Of a stretch of DNA of 64,000 bases, positions 10,846 through 21,310 are shown in pieces. The notes beneath the pieces were generated by a model. The model did no database searches. It had not been told where the DNA came from and saw only the letters and a list, made by a program, of their open reading frames with translations. Position numbers and translations under genes: made by a program. Source of the DNA: Aulosira sp. ZfuVER01 (GTDB lineage Bacteria; Cyanobacteriota; Cyanobacteriia; Cyanobacteriales; Nostocaceae); NCBI GenBank assembly GCA_034530615.2, contig JAVRCV020000064.1, positions 1-64,000 of the forward strand, given 5' to 3'. Every line of letters starts with the position of its first letter. Position 1 is the stretch's first letter.

Positions 10846-11763
10846 ATGCATCAAAGTTCTGGTCGCTGGCAGTTAGGGCTAGCTTTATCGCTATTAACGG
10901 TCTTGTTGTGGGGAATTCTACCTATTGCCCTGACAGTAACACTGCAAGCACTTGATGTCTACACAGTTATATGGTTTCGTTTTGCAGTGTCGTTTGGCTT
11001 ACTGGCGGTGTATTTAGGGGTACAGGGTAAATTACCAACTCTAGAGCAACTGCGTTCTGCTTCTTGGAAGTTGTTAGCGATCGCCACAATTTTCTTGGCG
11101 ATGAATTACTTTTTGTTTTTACAAGGTTTATCACTGACATCACCGGCTAATGCTGAAGTCATTATTCAATTTTCTTCAGTTTTTCTAGGTTTGGGAGGGT
11201 TAGTTGTTTTTAAAGAACGTTATCAACTGTATCAATGGATGGGCGTCGGTGTATTTACCCTCGGTTATGTCTTATTTTTTCACGAGCAACTGACTAATTT
11301 AATTACAGCCCACAACACATATCTTTATGGCAGTAGTTTAATTATTTTAGGAGCAGCTACATGGGCTATTTATGCTTTGGCACAAAAACAGTTATTGCAA
11401 TCTTTGAATTCTGCTCAAATTATGCTAATTGTTTACGGTGGATGTGCTTTTTTATTTACACCATTTAGTGCAGGTAAAACAATTTTTACACTCGGCAATT
11501 TACATCTATATACATTGCTTTTTTGTGCTTTAAATACTCTCATAGCTTATGGTGCTTTTGCCGAATCATTAGCACATTGGGAAGCATCAAGGGTGAGTGC
11601 AGTATTAGCGTTAGCTCCTATTGTGACTTTAATAGCAGTGTGGGCTGTTTCAGTAATTGCACCTTCACTCATGCTACCAGAAAAACTTACATTAGTAGGA
11701 GTACTGGGAGCAGTTTTAGTTGTTACTGGCGCGGCTGCAATTGCCCTAGGAAAAACTGAATAA
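10846..11763 (+). CDS. DMT/EamA family transporter
   Basis: About 10 TM helices, two EamA repeats (LLWG...RF; AIYALAQKQLL). Confidence 0.9.
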   Translation: MHQSSGRWQLGLALSLLTVLLWGILPIALTVTLQALDVYTVIWFRFAVSFGLLAVYLGVQGKLPTLEQLRSASWKLLAIATIFLAMNYFLFLQGLSLTSPANAEVIIQFSSVFLGLGGLVVFKERYQLYQWMGVGVFTLGYVLFFHEQLTNLITAHNTYLYGSSLIILGAATWAIYALAQKQLLQSLNSAQIMLIVYGGCAFLFTPFSAGKTIFTLGNLHLYTLLFCALNTLIAYGAFAESLAHWEASRVSAVLALAPIVTLIAVWAVSVIAPSLMLPEKLTLVGVLGAVLVVTGAAAIALGKTE

Positions 11764-12095
11764 TCGTTATATTTTGCGAGTTTTTACTGGCTCTTAATTG
11801 TAGTATATTAATCCTCATTTCAAAGCTACATGATAAATACTGAGGCACGGTAATTTTTTCTTTGTTATGATTTCACAGTAAGCGTCAACCAATTGAGTAA
11901 ATCTCTTGCCAAGTGGATACTTTTTAGATCGGCATGGCTCTGTTACATTTAATTTTTGACGTTGTAACAAAGAGATAAAAACTCAAAAAAAAACCATAAT
12001 AATGAGGCGATAAATAATAAATAACCTTACCAGGGTGTCCGAATAACTACCAAAGCTAAAGCCTCGTGACACAACATCACCGAAACAGTTGAGCG

Positions 12096-13856
12096 ATGAT
12101 TAGTTCGTTTGGTAATTGGGCCAGCACCCTGGTAAAAATTTTGCTATTGCTGGTTCTGTCAATACTGCTGCCAACATTTGGAATTAGCAATTCTGTGTTA
12201 GCAGCAGAACAAGTTTATGGTTCTTACTCAGCCATACAACTTTCTATTCCGGTCACTTCTTTAGAAAAGTATGCCCAAACTGGTGTAATTGATGACAAAC
12301 TAAACATCTATCAACAGTATCTACCAGCAGAACAATTTAAAGAATTAAGGCAAATTTTACTCACTCCTGTAAAAGTTAGTCCGGTAGTAGTTTCACAATT
12401 TCTCTATACCCCACAAGGAGAATTTATACTGCGAAGGTTGGCAGAAGCAATTAAAACGCGATCGCCTCAACCACAACCGGAATTTCAAACCTTAAGATCG
12501 GCATTTATTTCCGCCGCCGCAGAACCGGGAGGGCTAACTCTATTAAATCTGTTGCGGAAGTATCCCACCAGCAGCATTAACATCGATTTAGCACACAGCA
12601 TGGGAATAGCTGGAGAATTAGAGCAACTCATCAATGAAACCAGCCGTGCGATCGCAGAAGTTAGCAAAAAGTCCTATTTAGAAGCTACTACCCAAGAGCC
12701 AATAAATTTCTCGCAATTGCCAGATTTACGGCAACAAGGGCAATTTAAGGCGCAAAACTATACACTAAAGTATTTCGACTTGTCACGTCGCAGGTCATTG
12801 TTAACGGATTTGTATGTTCCCAATGTCCAGAATGCTGCACCAGTCATTGTCATTTCTCATGGTTTAGGTACAGATAGCAGTAACTTTCGCTATTTAGCCA
12901 ATCATTTAGCTTCTTACGGATTTGCTGTCGTTGTTCCCAATCATGCTGATAGTGAGGGACAGGCTAGTGAAATTGCAGAAGCAGATGAATTTACAGATAG
13001 ACCTTTAGATGTGAAATACATACTCAATGAATTGGAGAAGGCTAACCAGTCCGATACACGATTTAAAGGTCAGTTAAATCTGCAACAAGTTGGAGTTTTT
13101 GGTCAATCCTTGGGTGGTTACACCGCCTTAGCCTTAGCTGGCGCTCAGATTAACTTTGCGCAACTACAAAAAGACTGTCAGCCAGAGTTACTGCAAGATA
13201 CTTGGAATATGTCTTTATTGCTCCAGTGTCGTGCTTTGGCTGTAAATAAAGAGTTAGGCAAAGAACTTAACCTGCGGGATGAGAGAGTCAAAGCTGCGAT
13301 CGCAGTTAATCCCATTACTAGTTCGATTTTTGGCAAAGCTGGCTTGAGCCAAATTCAAATTCCCGTTATGCTCGTTGGTAGCAGTGATGATACAGTTGCA
13401 CCAGCTTTATTCGAGCAAATTTTACCGTTCTCCTGGTTTGCGAATTCTCAAAAATATCTTGTGATGCTTGTAGGTGCAACCCACTTTTCTACCATTGGTA
13501 ATGGTAGTAGTGGTAATGAGCCAGTAGGAGCGCTGTCTCAAATCATTGGCGATCATCCAGATCTTGCACGTCGCTACATAAATGCTTTGAGTTTGCCTTT
13601 CTTTCAAACTTATGTTGCGCGGACATCACAATACTCTCCCTACCTCAACGCCGCCTACGCTCAAGCTATCTCCAGTCAGCCGCTAAGAGTGAGTTTCGTG
13701 CAGTCTCTAACTACAACTGAATTAGCACAAGTGATAGACATCGAAGGCAAAGGAACTAAACTATCTCTAAAAAAATCACCCAACTCTATAGTCAATTTTG
13801 GCTTTCGGATGTTGGACATGGGAGTTGCACTGCTGCACGTGGTAATGTTCCTGTAG
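12096..13856 (+). CDS. DUF1400 + alpha/beta hydrolase (dienelactone hydrolase-like)
   Basis: Signal peptide, AAEQV..SIPV.SLE (DUF1400), ISHGLG, GQSLGG nucleophile elbow, DD and THFS triad residues. Confidence 0.88.
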   Translation: MISSFGNWASTLVKILLLLVLSILLPTFGISNSVLAAEQVYGSYSAIQLSIPVTSLEKYAQTGVIDDKLNIYQQYLPAEQFKELRQILLTPVKVSPVVVSQFLYTPQGEFILRRLAEAIKTRSPQPQPEFQTLRSAFISAAAEPGGLTLLNLLRKYPTSSINIDLAHSMGIAGELEQLINETSRAIAEVSKKSYLEATTQEPINFSQLPDLRQQGQFKAQNYTLKYFDLSRRRSLLTDLYVPNVQNAAPVIVISHGLGTDSSNFRYLANHLASYGFAVVVPNHADSEGQASEIAEADEFTDRPLDVKYILNELEKANQSDTRFKGQLNLQQVGVFGQSLGGYTALALAGAQINFAQLQKDCQPELLQDTWNMSLLLQCRALAVNKELGKELNLRDERVKAAIAVNPITSSIFGKAGLSQIQIPVMLVGSSDDTVAPALFEQILPFSWFANSQKYLVMLVGATHFSTIGNGSSGNEPVGALSQIIGDHPDLARRYINALSLPFFQTYVARTSQYSPYLNAAYAQAISSQPLRVSFVQSLTTTELAQVIDIEGKGTKLSLKKSPNSIVNFGFRMLDMGVALLHVVMFL

Positions 13857-14030
13857 ATATCATCAAAAAATATTGTAGGGACTGAATAAGTTATGTCTCT
13901 ACAATGTTTTTGTGCGAAAATATCATCCTTGCTTACTAAAAATTCCTTAATTTTTTATCTTGTAGATAATATTAATGGCGTGTAAAGCAATTTTGAGAGT
14001 GTAGCTATCCTAAAAATTTAAAATTCTACT

Positions 14031-14903
14031 GTGCAAGGTTTCTTAAACTTAAACAAACCATTTGGTTGGACTTCTCATGATTGTGTGGCGCGGGTGCGAA
14101 AACTTCTGCACCTCAAACGTGTGGGACACGCGGGAACTTTAGATCCTGCTGCTACAGGAGTGTTACCGATCGCATTTGGTAAAGCCACAAGATTATTGCA
14201 GTATTTACCAAGTAATAAAGCTTACAAGGCTACTATTAGGCTAGGCGTGCGTACCACAACCGATGATTTACAAGGGGAAATTATTACCTCTGCACCTTGT
14301 CCTGGATTGAGTTTGGCAGAGGTAAAAACTTTATTACCTCAATTTGAGGGGAAAATTGAGCAGATTCCCCCTAGTTACAGCGCTATTCAAGTAGATGGCA
14401 AACGTTTATACGATCTAGCACGGCGCGGCGAAAAAGTAGAGGTTCCAGTCCGCACGGTAGAAGTTTTTCAGATAGAAATTTTGGATTGGCGAGAAGGAGA
14501 ATATCCGGAGTTAGATATTGCGATCGCTTGTGGTGCTGGTACATATATTAGAGCGATCGCTCGTGATTTAGGAGCCATCTTAGAAACTGGTGGAACCCTC
14601 GCCGCTTTGATACGTACTGAAAGCAGCGGCTTCCATTTAGCAGATAGTCTCACCTTGGGTGACTTAGAAGCACAACTACAAACTGGGACATTTCAACCGA
14701 TTGCGCTTGATGCTACCTTGCAACATTTGCCTTCTGTGACTTTACCAGCAATATCTGCCCAAAAATGGTGCCAAGGTCAGCGAATTCCTGTAACTCTAGA
14801 TATTTCTGGGATAGTAAGGGTTTATCACGAAGAGGCTCGCTTTCTGGGGATTGGAGAAGTAAAAGGCGAAGATTTGTTAGCAAGCAAAGTTTTAGAGCAG
14901 TAA
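14031..14903 (+). CDS. truB: tRNA pseudouridine(55) synthase
   Basis: [40 protein letters not shown] start. Confidence 0.97.
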   Translation: MQGFLNLNKPFGWTSHDCVARVRKLLHLKRVGHAGTLDPAATGVLPIAFGKATRLLQYLPSNKAYKATIRLGVRTTTDDLQGEIITSAPCPGLSLAEVKTLLPQFEGKIEQIPPSYSAIQVDGKRLYDLARRGEKVEVPVRTVEVFQIEILDWREGEYPELDIAIACGAGTYIRAIARDLGAILETGGTLAALIRTESSGFHLADSLTLGDLEAQLQTGTFQPIALDATLQHLPSVTLPAISAQKWCQGQRIPVTLDISGIVRVYHEEARFLGIGEVKGEDLLASKVLEQ

Positions 14904-15045
14904 CTTAGATATCACATTGATTCAACGTAGTAATGCTTAAAAAATAGCAAATCCCGTATTTTCAACATTTAATTTCCGAGATTGCTCTGACTAATCTTGA
15001 ATCAAGACTATGTAAGGCTTGCTAACTAAGCAATTTTTCTTATTA

Positions 15046-16680
15046 ATGATTCAGGTAAAACCTAACCTTGTTACAGCTGTCATTAACTCTTGGTTCAAGC
15101 GACTTCCTCATACACTGGAATCTCGTCCATCTCAAGTTGTCACTACAACAGTTGTTTTGACTCTATTTTTATTTATTCCCCAAACTTGGATTGCTTGGCA
15201 AGCTTATCAAAACTTCAACAGTATCATCAAAAATGAATTACGACTCCAAACTCTAAGTGACACAATTACCTATTTTGATGAAGTGCTAACCATGTCAGCA
15301 CGGATGAATGCTGCTACAGGTAATTATATTTGGGAGCAAAGGTATCGTGTATTTGAACCTCGATTAGATGCAGCAATCCAAGAATCAATTAAACTGGCTC
15401 CCCAAGCTTATACAAGTGAGGATGCGAAGAAAACTGATATTGCTAATCAGCGTTTGGTAGCAATAGAGTATCAATCTTTTGATTTCGTTAGGGAATCGAA
15501 AAAGGAAGCAGCACAAGCACTATTATCTAGCCGCGAGTATGAATCAGAGAAACAAAAATATACTGCTGGTGTTACCGCCAGAAATCGTGCTATCTCGCTT
15601 CAGCTTCAGAAGAAAGTTGGTGATTATCGCCAACATCTATTTTGGTCAATTTTCACCTCTATTGTCAGTTTAGTCCTGCTTATTCCCGCATGGCTTTTGG
15701 TATTGTGCTTACTACAAGCTTATTTAAAAGCCAGAAAAATTGCTCAAGCTGCTTTAGAAAAAACGAATCAGGAGTTAGAAATTCGAGTTGAACATCGGAC
15801 ACAGGAATTAACTGATAAAAATGTCCAATTACAAGAAACACTACAACAACTACAACACACTCAAATACAACTGATTCAACACGCAAAAATGTCTAGCTTA
15901 GGACAATTAGTTGCTGGAGTTGCACATGAAATTAATAATCCAATTAATTTCATTCATGGGAATCTTTCCCATACTAATGAGTATGTCCAAAATTTAATTG
16001 AGCTATTAAAACTCTATCAAAAAATCTATCCTGATACTGATACAGAAATTTTGAATTTGTCTCAAACAATTGACTTAGAATTTATTGCTAACGATCTGCC
16101 AAAAATTCTCTTGTCTATGCGAACTGGTACTAATCGGATTCGTGAGATTGTTCTGAGTTTGCGAAACTTCTCCCACCTAGATGAAGCAGAGATCAAAGTA
16201 GTAGATATTCATCAAGGTATTGATAGTACCCTACTAATTTTACAGAATCGCTTGAAAGCCAAGCCTGACCATCCAGAATTTACAATCATCAAAGAGTACG
16301 GCAATTTGCCTTTAGTAGAATGCTATCCAGGACAGATTAATCAGGTATTGATTAATATTATTGCTAATGCAATTGATGCCTTAGAATATCAAAATTCTCA
16401 ACATAGCTATATATGTATCCGGACTGAAACTAGCATTCAAAATAATATATTAATCCATATTATTGATAATGGGGCTGGAATTCCAGAAAATATTCGCTCT
16501 CATTTGTTCGACCCTTTTTTTACTACTAAACCTGTAGGTAAAGGTATAGGACTTGGGCTATCAATCAGTTACCAGATTGTAGTAGAAAAACACGGTGGGA
16601 AACTATTTTGTAACTCAACATTTGGACAAGGTACAGAATTTGTGATTGAGATTCCCACAAAGTTATCACTCCCAAGTTGA
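15046..16680 (+). CDS. Membrane sensor histidine kinase (orphan)
   Basis: Two TM segments around a helical extracellular domain; H-box VAHEINNP, N box, DNGAGI, FDPFFTTK, GxGLGLS. Start is uncertain (15019 TTG or 15046 ATG). Confidence 0.9.
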   Translation: MIQVKPNLVTAVINSWFKRLPHTLESRPSQVVTTTVVLTLFLFIPQTWIAWQAYQNFNSIIKNELRLQTLSDTITYFDEVLTMSARMNAATGNYIWEQRYRVFEPRLDAAIQESIKLAPQAYTSEDAKKTDIANQRLVAIEYQSFDFVRESKKEAAQALLSSREYESEKQKYTAGVTARNRAISLQLQKKVGDYRQHLFWSIFTSIVSLVLLIPAWLLVLCLLQAYLKARKIAQAALEKTNQELEIRVEHRTQELTDKNVQLQETLQQLQHTQIQLIQHAKMSSLGQLVAGVAHEINNPINFIHGNLSHTNEYVQNLIELLKLYQKIYPDTDTEILNLSQTIDLEFIANDLPKILLSMRTGTNRIREIVLSLRNFSHLDEAEIKVVDIHQGIDSTLLILQNRLKAKPDHPEFTIIKEYGNLPLVECYPGQINQVLINIIANAIDALEYQNSQHSYICIRTETSIQNNILIHIIDNGAGIPENIRSHLFDPFFTTKPVGKGIGLGLSISYQIVVEKHGGKLFCNSTFGQGTEFVIEIPTKLSLPS

Positions 16681-16971
16681 GACATCTCGCAATAAATCTG
16701 GAATTTGCTCTTGAGATGGGGGAAACTCTAGCAAAGTTTCTCTATAACCTAAATACCCAGACTCAGCAAACGACAACAGCATCCGCGCCAACGCCAGCCA
16801 AACTTCTGGTTCGTATTCCCAATCACGATAACGGCCAGATTTACCAGCTATTGAACGTAGTGCCCAAAAATAAGAATTTCGCACTACAGAACCACCCTTC
16901 TTAAATTCTGGTAAGTCCTCGTGGTTGATAATTAGTACTTCATTGTCAATTCTGGCTCTCATATCAGCCAT
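16666..16971 (-). CDS. Conserved hypothetical cyanobacterial protein
   Basis: MADMRARIDNE...VRNSYFWAL...FAESGYLG; the longer upstream part of the ORF lies in a repeat; overlaps the kinase 3' end by 15 bp. Confidence 0.7.
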   Translation of the reverse strand: MADMRARIDNEVLIINHEDLPEFKKGGSVVRNSYFWALRSIAGKSGRYRDWEYEPEVWLALARMLLSFAESGYLGYRETLLEFPPSQEQIPDLLRDVSTWE

Positions 16972-16989
16972 TGTAATGGATTGGGGAAA

Positions 16990-17047
16990 TGTAGAGAATA
17001 TGCGTAGACGCGGAGCTGCTTGTCGTAGACATCGCAACATCTCTACA
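16990..17047. repeat. GTAGAGA...TCTCTAC hairpin repeat containing a split HIP1 site with a 26-nt insert
   Basis: gcg (17002-4) + tagacgcggagctgcttgtcgtagac + atcgc (17031-5), inside tgtagaga...tctctaca. Confidence 0.6.
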
Positions 17048-17109
17048 TCCTATCTCTCAAATGAAAAATGACAGCCTTTACGAACAATCTCACCACTCAA
17101 ATAGGAGTG

Positions 17110-19239
17110 CTATATATCTGAAGATAAGCCTACCCGGAAAGTAAACCCAGGACTGTAAATACGATTAACACGCTCGTATTGTTCGCCTAGTAAATTTTCT
17201 AAGTAAACAACCAATCCTAAATTTCTAGTTAAAGGAATACGACCACTCAAATCTAAATTCAGAAAAGATGGTGCGAAATCTGTAGGCTTGTCACCAGCTT
17301 TTGCAAAGATGGCTCTACGAGCGCCACTGTTGTAAGTAACATACAAATTAGCCTGCCATCCTGAATTTTGATAACCAATTCCAGTTTGCAGTACAGAATA
17401 AGGAATTAAACCTAACTGTAAACCTTGTTCCGTTCCTGTCTTAATTTTGGCATCTGTATAAGTGTAGTTGACAAAAGTTGACCAACCCGGAGCAAATTTT
17501 AATTGTAATGCCGCCTCTAAACCATTAGTATCTACTAACCCAATGTTTTGCCATTTTCCAGCTATCACTCCTAAGCGATTGTCTAAACTACTGCCAAAGT
17601 AAGTAAACTGTCCAGTTAAATTCTCTGAAAAATTGATATCTACTCCCGCAGTCCAAGAAGAACCAGTTTCTGGTTTTAGATCGGGATTTGGTTCCCAACC
17701 ATGAACCGTATCGTAAACATATAACTGATCCAAACCAGGATTGCGCTGTCCTCCAGCCCAACTACCACGTACAGCGATGGTTGGTGCGACAGCATAACGT
17801 AAACCCACACTTGGATTTAAATAATTTCCAAACTGTCCATCAAAGCTTTGCCTTAAACCTAAATCTACCAAAAAATTATCGCTAATATTTAAAGTATTCA
17901 CTGCAAATAAGGCTGTTGTAAACACACTCCTATTTTCAGTTTCATTAGTACCAATTCTATTAGGGCTGGTACTTAACGTATCACCATTTAAATCCGTATT
18001 TTTTAAATCTAACCCCCAGCGTAATTGATTATTGGGAGTTAATTTCCACTCATGATCCACCCTAGCTGACAATTGTTGTGTGTCTAAAACACCTGTACGA
18101 TAATATTCCTGTCCTTGAAAAACTGTAGGGCCATAAGTGCTGAAATAATCTTGGTTATAACCAAATGTGGTTGTCAGAGTAGAATTGTCACCATTACCTA
18201 GTCGAGTTTTCCAAGATAAGCCAGCATTGAGTCCATCATGGTCTAATCGGTCTTTTTGGAGAGGGAAGCCGAAATAAATTAAACCGCGACGACTACTTAA
18301 TTTAGTAATATCCAAATTCAAAGAATTTTTTTTGTCTAAATCTACGCCAATAGTACCAAAGTAAGTACTTGTAGCTGTATCTGCATTTGAGAAAAACCCC
18401 TGTGCATCACGATTAGCGGCTCCTACAGGAACACGGTAGCGGTTATCTGTAAAGTATCTTTCAAAGCTAAAATTATACTTTACAGAACCAGTAGAACCAC
18501 CATAACTAACTTGTTGATTATTTTGACTCAATGAGCCAAATTCTACACTACTAGTTAATTTTGGCTGTCCATAACCTTCTTTAGTGATGATATTAACAAC
18601 TCCTCCAAAGGCTGATGAACCATATAAAGCGGAAGCAGCACCGCTATAGAGTTCAACTCGATCAATTGCCTCTACAGGAATACTATTTAAATCTGTTCCG
18701 CCATGATAAATATTGATATTGCTATTAATTGGTCTACCGTTAATCAAAAATACAGACTGATTAATTGAAGCACCTCTGTAATATGTACCTGTGTGAATAT
18801 CTGCACCATGCCCTGCATCATTAATCGCAAAACCAGGCATTCTTTTTAAGACATCAGCTACACTATTAGCACCTTGTTTTTTAATCTCTTCTTGCTCGAT
18901 TACGTAAGTTGGGGTGGATTGAGGTAAAGTGTCTTTTTCCCCAATTGTTTCGATGGTAATGTCTGCATCATCTGTGGAATCTAAGTCTGTTGTTTCCTCT
19001 TCTGTTGGTTGAGTTTCCTGGCTAATTTTACCTGATATAGATTGTTGTGTTAATAATTCAGCATCAGTGGAGGGTAGCTCAATATCACTTAAATCGGGAA
19101 TATTGGAAATTATTTGAGGTAATTTATGAGTATATTTCTGGTTAGTTTCTGTTTCAGCAGACAAGCCAGGATTAGCTACCAGTAAGTTTTGTAAAACAAT
19201 TGGCAGCAGCAAAAAAAGACACTTATTCACGTTTCTCAC
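17110..19239 (-). CDS. TonB-dependent outer membrane receptor (BtuB-like, no AMIN domain evident)
   Basis: Plug motifs (YRGAS..QSVFLINGRP, IDRVELYSGAASALYGSSAFGGVVNIIT), NPDLKPET, ENLL, beta-barrel C-terminus; GTG start. Confidence 0.9.
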   Translation of the reverse strand: MRNVNKCLFLLLPIVLQNLLVANPGLSAETETNQKYTHKLPQIISNIPDLSDIELPSTDAELLTQQSISGKISQETQPTEEETTDLDSTDDADITIETIGEKDTLPQSTPTYVIEQEEIKKQGANSVADVLKRMPGFAINDAGHGADIHTGTYYRGASINQSVFLINGRPINSNINIYHGGTDLNSIPVEAIDRVELYSGAASALYGSSAFGGVVNIITKEGYGQPKLTSSVEFGSLSQNNQQVSYGGSTGSVKYNFSFERYFTDNRYRVPVGAANRDAQGFFSNADTATSTYFGTIGVDLDKKNSLNLDITKLSSRRGLIYFGFPLQKDRLDHDGLNAGLSWKTRLGNGDNSTLTTTFGYNQDYFSTYGPTVFQGQEYYRTGVLDTQQLSARVDHEWKLTPNNQLRWGLDLKNTDLNGDTLSTSPNRIGTNETENRSVFTTALFAVNTLNISDNFLVDLGLRQSFDGQFGNYLNPSVGLRYAVAPTIAVRGSWAGGQRNPGLDQLYVYDTVHGWEPNPDLKPETGSSWTAGVDINFSENLTGQFTYFGSSLDNRLGVIAGKWQNIGLVDTNGLEAALQLKFAPGWSTFVNYTYTDAKIKTGTEQGLQLGLIPYSVLQTGIGYQNSGWQANLYVTYNSGARRAIFAKAGDKPTDFAPSFLNLDLSGRIPLTRNLGLVVYLENLLGEQYERVNRIYSPGFTFRVGLSSDI

Positions 19240-19534
19240 ACCAGGTAAAAGCAGTCACTAGATGCTATTTTTCCGATGATTGCTGATAGATGTCAAAAGA
19301 CAAGCTGTCGTAGTTCTCACTTGAAAATGGGCATGGGGCATTGGGGAAAACCCACACGACGGTTGAAGACTCGCTACGAACTCATTAACACTTTTGCGAC
19401 AGATCGCTAGGTTTGTTACACTTAAATGGGCCTGATACTTCTACAGTAATGGGTCATGCTGGTTGCTAAACGCTCATGCCTAGTCCTGGAATTTGTAACT
19501 ATTCGGCATCTGCCCTCATGGAGAATTTGGCTTG

Positions 19535-21280
19535 ATGTTGCTTTGCCTGCGAATTGAAAACTTTGCCCTGATTGACCAACTGGAACTGGAATTTGGCGCT
19601 GGACTGAATGTACTGACAGGTGAAACCGGCGCAGGAAAATCGATTATCTTGGATGCCATTGATGCTGCCCTGGGAGGTAAAGTATCTAGTCGAGTAATTC
19701 GCACTGGAACAAGTCGGGCGATGGTAGAAGCGACTTTTAAATCTAACGCTACCTTAGCGGCTTGGTTAAATGAACAAGAAATTGATTCGATAGACGAAAA
19801 CTCTGTAGTCATAAGTCGGGAAATTGCTGCCACTGCTAGTAATATCCGCAGTAGATCGCGGATCAATGGCGTGTTGGTGAATCGGCAGATGATGGGAGGA
19901 TTGCGCGATCGCTTGGTGGAAATCACCGCCCAAGGTCAAACTGTACAGGTGGGACAATCTGCCCAAGTCCGTGACTGGTTGGATTTACATGGTGGCGACT
20001 CTCTTATGCAGCAGCGTCAAGCGATCGCTACTGCCTTTACCACGTACCAACAAGCACATCTAGCATTAGAAAAACGCCGGACATCGGAACGGGAACGTTT
20101 ACAACAACTAGATTTACTCACCTATCAAGTGCAGGAATTGGGAGCAGTTAACCTCAGCGATCCCAATGAATTAGAACAGCTATTACAAGAGCGAGAACGC
20201 CTGAATCATGTTGTAGATTTGCAACAGATGAGTTACAAGGTCTATCAGGCTTTGTATCAAAACGATAACGAAACCCCATCCGCCGCAGACTTATTGGGAG
20301 ATAGCGAAACCACCTTAAATGACATGGTGGAGTACGATACCCAACTGCAACCACTGTTAGATTTGGTGCGAGATGCCCAAGCTTCATTAATGGAAGTGGC
20401 AAGGCAAATTAATGCTTATGGCGAAGATTTAGAAGCAGATCCGCAGCGATTAGAGGAAGTAGAAGAGAGAATTCGGGAATTAAAGCAGATTTGTCGCAAA
20501 TATGGCCCGACACTCCAAGAAGCGATCGCCTACTATCAAAAAATTCAAGGTGAATTAGCCGAACTGAACGACAGCGAACAATCTATTGAAAGTTTAGAAC
20601 AGCAAGAACAAGCTAGTTTGGCAAAACTTACCCAAGCTTGTAATAAATTAACGCAGTTGCGTCGTACAGCCGCTAACGATTTAGAATCACGATTGATTGC
20701 TGAACTCAAACCCCTAGCGATGGAAAAGGTGCAATTTAAAGTAGAAATTGTACCTATTGCCCCAACAGCTAGCGGTGCAGACAAAATTACATTTATGTTT
20801 AGTCCCAACCCTGGCGAACCACTACAACCTTTAACAGAAATCGCCTCCGGTGGGGAAATGAGCCGCTTTTTACTTGCTTTGAAAGCTTGTGTTTCCCAAG
20901 CCGATGGCGCAGGGACAATGGTATTTGATGAAATTGATGTGGGTGTTTCTGGAAGAGTAGCCCAAGCGATCGCCGAAAAATTACACCAGTTAAGTCAAAG
21001 CCACCAAGTATTGTGTGTTACTCACCAACCCCTAGTTGCAGCAATGGCAGATAGGCATTTCCGGGTAGATAAGGAAATTATTAATCAACCTAAAGGTAAT
21101 AAAGCTAACAACGGCAACTCAGAGCAGCGTACTGTTGTGCGTGTTACTGCTTTGGATAATTTAACAACTCGCCGGGATGAATTAGCACAATTGGCTGGGG
21201 GAAAATCAGCAACAGATGCGATCGCTTTTGCGGAATCTCTATTATTGCAAGCAGCTAATCATCGGCGGGAAAAATCTTAA
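19535..21280 (+). CDS. recN: DNA repair protein RecN
   Basis: LTGETGAGKS Walker A, coiled coil, ASGGEMSRFLLALK signature, FDEIDVGVSG, VTHQP. Confidence 0.97.
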   Translation: MLLCLRIENFALIDQLELEFGAGLNVLTGETGAGKSIILDAIDAALGGKVSSRVIRTGTSRAMVEATFKSNATLAAWLNEQEIDSIDENSVVISREIAATASNIRSRSRINGVLVNRQMMGGLRDRLVEITAQGQTVQVGQSAQVRDWLDLHGGDSLMQQRQAIATAFTTYQQAHLALEKRRTSERERLQQLDLLTYQVQELGAVNLSDPNELEQLLQERERLNHVVDLQQMSYKVYQALYQNDNETPSAADLLGDSETTLNDMVEYDTQLQPLLDLVRDAQASLMEVARQINAYGEDLEADPQRLEEVEERIRELKQICRKYGPTLQEAIAYYQKIQGELAELNDSEQSIESLEQQEQASLAKLTQACNKLTQLRRTAANDLESRLIAELKPLAMEKVQFKVEIVPIAPTASGADKITFMFSPNPGEPLQPLTEIASGGEMSRFLLALKACVSQADGAGTMVFDEIDVGVSGRVAQAIAEKLHQLSQSHQVLCVTHQPLVAAMADRHFRVDKEIINQPKGNKANNGNSEQRTVVRVTALDNLTTRRDELAQLAGGKSATDAIAFAESLLLQAANHRREKS

Positions 21281-21310
21281 AGTGATGATATTGATGTGCA
21301 ACTCTTTCTA

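Noticed and set aside
19240..19530. Cobalamin riboswitch upstream of the BtuB-like receptor
   Set aside because: No recognisable B12-box or GGGAA...GCAACTGT core on the minus strand; an Rfam scan is needed to exclude it fully
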